Part shown: positions 61,389-64,000 of the stretch, piece by piece
Numbering within the stretch: the stretch's first letter is position 1
Layout: each line of letters starts with the position of its first letter
Source: an uncultured Gemmatimonadota bacterium
Lineage (GTDB): Bacteria > JAAXHH01
Direction: 5' to 3'
DNA length: 64,000 nucleotides
Assembly: GCA_951812955.1 (NCBI GenBank)
Contig: OX638340.1
Span: forward strand, 1,120,001 to 1,184,000
Notes under the pieces: generated by a model
Database searches by the model: none
What the model was told of the DNA's origin: nothing
Seen by the model: the letters and a program-made list of their open reading frames with translations, nothing else
Translations under genes and position numbers: made by a program

Positions 61389-64000
61389 ATGCCCTTGATT
61401 TACATTCGTGCCATACCCGTGTTCATATGTCTTGTATTGTTCACTCTGACCACCTGCGGCAAGGACAGCCCCACCAGACCGAAGCCGCCAGATCCACCGC
61501 CGCCAGTAGTGCCCGTAGCCACCCGCATTGACATCACTCCGCCTTCTGCCACGTTGAACTCGGTTGGCCAGACTATTCAACTCAACGCAAGAGTCCTGGA
61601 TCAGAACAACGCGCCAATTAGTGGCGCAGCCGTGACATGGACCAGCAGCGACAACGGCGTGGCTACCGTCACCGTCCAGGGGTTGGTAACTGCGGTAAAG
61701 AACGGCACGGCACGGATCACAGCCCGATCAGGTAATATCTCTGCAAATGCGAATGTCACTGTGTTACAGACAGCCGGTAGTATCGTTATCGAATCGGCTA
61801 TGACGACGCTAACAGCCATCGGTCAGACCGTCCAGCTGACGGCGAATGTACTGGATCGTAATGACAAGCCGGTAGCCGGTGCTGTCGTGACCTGGACGAG
61901 CAGCGATGCGTCCGTAGCAACGGTCAACGAACAGGGGTTGGTGACGGCCGTCAAGAGTGGCGGCACACGGATCACGGCACGGTCAGGCAGCGCCTCAGCA
62001 GGCATCACTGTTACGGTAATGCAGTCGGTAGCAAGTATCGTGATAGAGCCTGAGATGGCGACGCTCATGTCGATCGGCGAGACCGTGCAACTCACCGCCA
62101 CCGTTCTAGATCAGAACCGGCAACCAGTAGATGATGCCGTCGTCACCTGGCAGAGCAGCGATGAGGAAGTGGCCACCGTAAGCGCTGCAGGACTCGTTAC
62201 CGCCATCGGCAACGGCATGGCAACTGTCACCGCCAGATCAGGCAACGCCTCGCAGACGGCAACCTTGACTGTGACGATCCTTGATACACGACGCGACCGA
62301 GAAGCCCTTGCCGCACTGTATCATAGTACGGATGGACCGAATTGGACCAACAACACGAACTGGCTGAGCGATGCGCCTCTAGACTCATGGCATGGCATAG
62401 GAACTACCACACTTGGAGAGGTTCAGTATCTGAATTTGGGGGAGAACAATCTCCACGGCATCATCCCACCTGAAATAGGCAAACTTCAAAAACTGACAGT
62501 ACTGGCGCTCTACGGCAATAGTTTGACCGGCAACATCCCGCCCGAAATCGGACAGTTACAGAACCTGACAGATCTTAATCTCGGCGACAACGAGTTGAGC
62601 GGCCCTATCCCCACTGAAATAGGGCAACTTCAAAAACTGACAGGTCTTACTCTCGCCGGCAACCAGTTGAGCGGTCCAATCCCCCCTAATATAGTGCAAT
62701 TGCTGGAACTAAAATTCCTGTGGCTCGGCGGCAACCAGTTGAGCGGTCCTATCCCCACTGAAATAGGGCAACTTCAAAAACTGACAACTCTATGGCTAGG
62801 CGCTAATCAACTGACCGGCAACATCCCGCCCGAAATCGGACAGTTGCGAAACCTTACTGACCTAAATCTTGATTTTAACCAGTTGTCTGGATCCATACCC
62901 CCCTTAATCGGACAACTACAGCATCTGAAATTCCTGCGGCTGAATGGCAACCAGTTGACTGGATCCATTCCGCCCGAAATCGGACAGCTTAGCATGCTTA
63001 GGTTCTTGAACATGGCCTTCAATCCCAATCTTTCGGGGCCATTACCGGTAACAATCACCTCTCTTTCCAACATGGAATCCCTGAGTTTGCACTACACTCA
63101 AGTATGTATTCCTCCTACCGCCCAATTCCAGTCATGGTTAGACGGGATAGAAAACATAAGAGGCGATATTTCTAGCTGTCCAGGGCCAGAGGGACCAGTG
63201 GAACCGGAAGAACCGGAAGAACCGGAAATGCCGCCTCCTGTCGGAGAGCGTCTGGACGTGAGGATTGTTTATTTTGTTCCTGCAAATCATACTGGATACC
63301 CGAACATAGATGCCAAGATAGATTCGTTGGTCAACATCGTCAAATTGACTTATGCGGAGATATTTGAATTTCATGGCTTCGGCGATAGAACCTTTCAGCA
63401 CGAGCAAAATGCGGATGGCACGGCCAGGGTATATCATGTGAAGGGCCAATACGATGGCGAATACTATTCCAGCGAAACATTTTTTAAGGTTATACATACC
63501 GAATTGGAACAGATATTCGATTTAGAATCGAATATTTACTGGGTCGTATTGGATGCTATCGATGCAACTGTAGATGGTTATTGCGGGCAAGGGTATGGTG
63601 ATCTTCCTGAGGGCGGCGCGTTTTTAATACCCGGACCAAACGACTACTGGTTGGAGGATCGCGGGTGGAGTTGTTTCAACCCATCAGTTGCATCCCACGA
63701 AATCGGACATTCCTTTGGTCTAACCCATGACCTGCTCAGAGACGAAGTGCGTGTCGAGTCCTCATATCAAGATGACTGGATGATTACTTCGTATTGTGCC
63801 GCCGAATGGATGTCGGTACATCCATTCTTCACCGGCGAACCAACCACGGGGAATGACAATGAGGGTGAAATAAGTCTAAGGTCGATTTCTGATGCTTCAT
63901 CCGAGACTATCCGCCTGGTTTTCGATGTGAGCGACCCCGATATGCTGCACCAGGCTCAACTTCTTGATAGAAACGGAGAAACGATAGCCTACCGTGGATT
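61389..64000 (+). CDS. Large lipoprotein with 3 Big_2 Ig-like domains, about 9 plant-specific-type LRRs and a metzincin (HExxHxxGxxHD) protease domain; 3' end beyond the window
   Basis: Not in the ORF track (open at the window edge). Hand translation from ATG 61389 shows no stop to 64000. MPLIYIRAIPVFICLVLFTLTTCGKD lipobox; three repeats of ...SIGQTVQLTA.VLD.N...V....VTW.SSD..VATV...GLVTA...G.A.ITARSG; LRRNT-like DREALAALYHSTDGPNWTNNTNWLSDAPLDSWHG; 24-aa LRRs L..L.L..N.LSGPIP.EIGQLQ.L; HEIGHSFGLTHD. Confidence 0.85.
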   Translation, partial: MPLIYIRAIPVFICLVLFTLTTCGKDSPTRPKPPDPPPPVVPVATRIDITPPSATLNSVGQTIQLNARVLDQNNAPISGAAVTWTSSDNGVATVTVQGLVTAVKNGTARITARSGNISANANVTVLQTAGSIVIESAMTTLTAIGQTVQLTANVLDRNDKPVAGAVVTWTSSDASVATVNEQGLVTAVKSGGTRITARSGSASAGITVTVMQSVASIVIEPEMATLMSIGETVQLTATVLDQNRQPVDDAVVTWQSSDEEVATVSAAGLVTAIGNGMATVTARSGNASQTATLTVTILDTRRDREALAALYHSTDGPNWTNNTNWLSDAPLDSWHGIGTTTLGEVQYLNLGENNLHGIIPPEIGKLQKLTVLALYGNSLTGNIPPEIGQLQNLTDLNLGDNELSGPIPTEIGQLQKLTGLTLAGNQLSGPIPPNIVQLLELKFLWLGGNQLSGPIPTEIGQLQKLTTLWLGANQLTGNIPPEIGQLRNLTDLNLDFNQLSGSIPPLIGQLQHLKFLRLNGNQLTGSIPPEIGQLSMLRFLNMAFNPNLSGPLPVTITSLSNMESLSLHYTQVCIPPTAQFQSWLDGIENIRGDISSCPGPEGPVEPEEPEEPEMPPPVGERLDVRIVYFVPANHTGYPNIDAKIDSLVNIVKLTYAEIFEFHGFGDRTFQHEQNADGTARVYHVKGQYDGEYYSSETFFKVIHTELEQIFDLESNIYWVVLDAIDATVDGYCGQGYGDLPEGGAFLIPGPNDYWLEDRGWSCFNPSVASHEIGHSFGLTHDLLRDEVRVESSYQDDWMITSYCAAEWMSVHPFFTGEPTTGNDNEGEISLRSISDASSETIRLVFDVSDPDMLHQAQLLDRNGETIAYRG

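Noticed and set aside
61601-62101. Two minus-strand ORFs (72 and 92 aa) with similar sequences
   Set aside because: Antisense to the repeated Big_2 domains of the long plus-strand gene. Their similarity simply mirrors the Big_2 repeat.

Overview
GC-rich (about 60-65% by hand counts on sample lines) chromosomal segment of a diderm bacterium. It has lipobox lipoproteins and a C-terminal-Phe beta-barrel porin, and the gene density is typical of an uncultured environmental lineage. I cannot assign taxonomy from sequence alone. About 55 protein genes, one tRNA-Trp, and no rRNA or CRISPR. Most of the window is core or metabolic: three enolase-superfamily enzymes, two PhyH-type Fe/2OG dioxygenases, aminotransferases, a Gfo/Idh/MocA plus TIM-barrel plus aminotransferase plus SBP cluster, MutL, TsaC, LtaE, LepB, CtaA, a ClC channel, an M1 peptidase, and NHL and FG-GAP/ASPIC surface proteins. 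Two real genes are missing from the ORF track because they run off the window edges: 1..1015 (-) and 61389..64000 (+). Many long track ORFs are antisense shadow ORFs or carry spurious N-terminal extensions. My best candidate for an undescribed system is an ABC/SMC-type AAA ATPase (50099..51253) whose stop overlaps the start of a PurO-like IMP-cyclohydrolase-fold protein (49356..50102). This pair sits inside a metabolic gene string. Other notable items: a PhyH-family protein with H-x-G in place of the H-x-D iron triad; a modular family of lipoproteins with a collagen-like G-X-Y stalk, one fused to a decayed trypsin-like protease; a kinase fused to a complete OmpR-type regulator; a decayed IS3 element plus a solo copy of its terminal repeat 55 kb away; a lower-GC accessory end (about 57.4-64 kb) with a Big_2/LRR/metzincin lipoprotein; and four unrelated intergenic tandem-repeat arrays. 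All functional calls rest on motif recognition by eye. No database search was possible.
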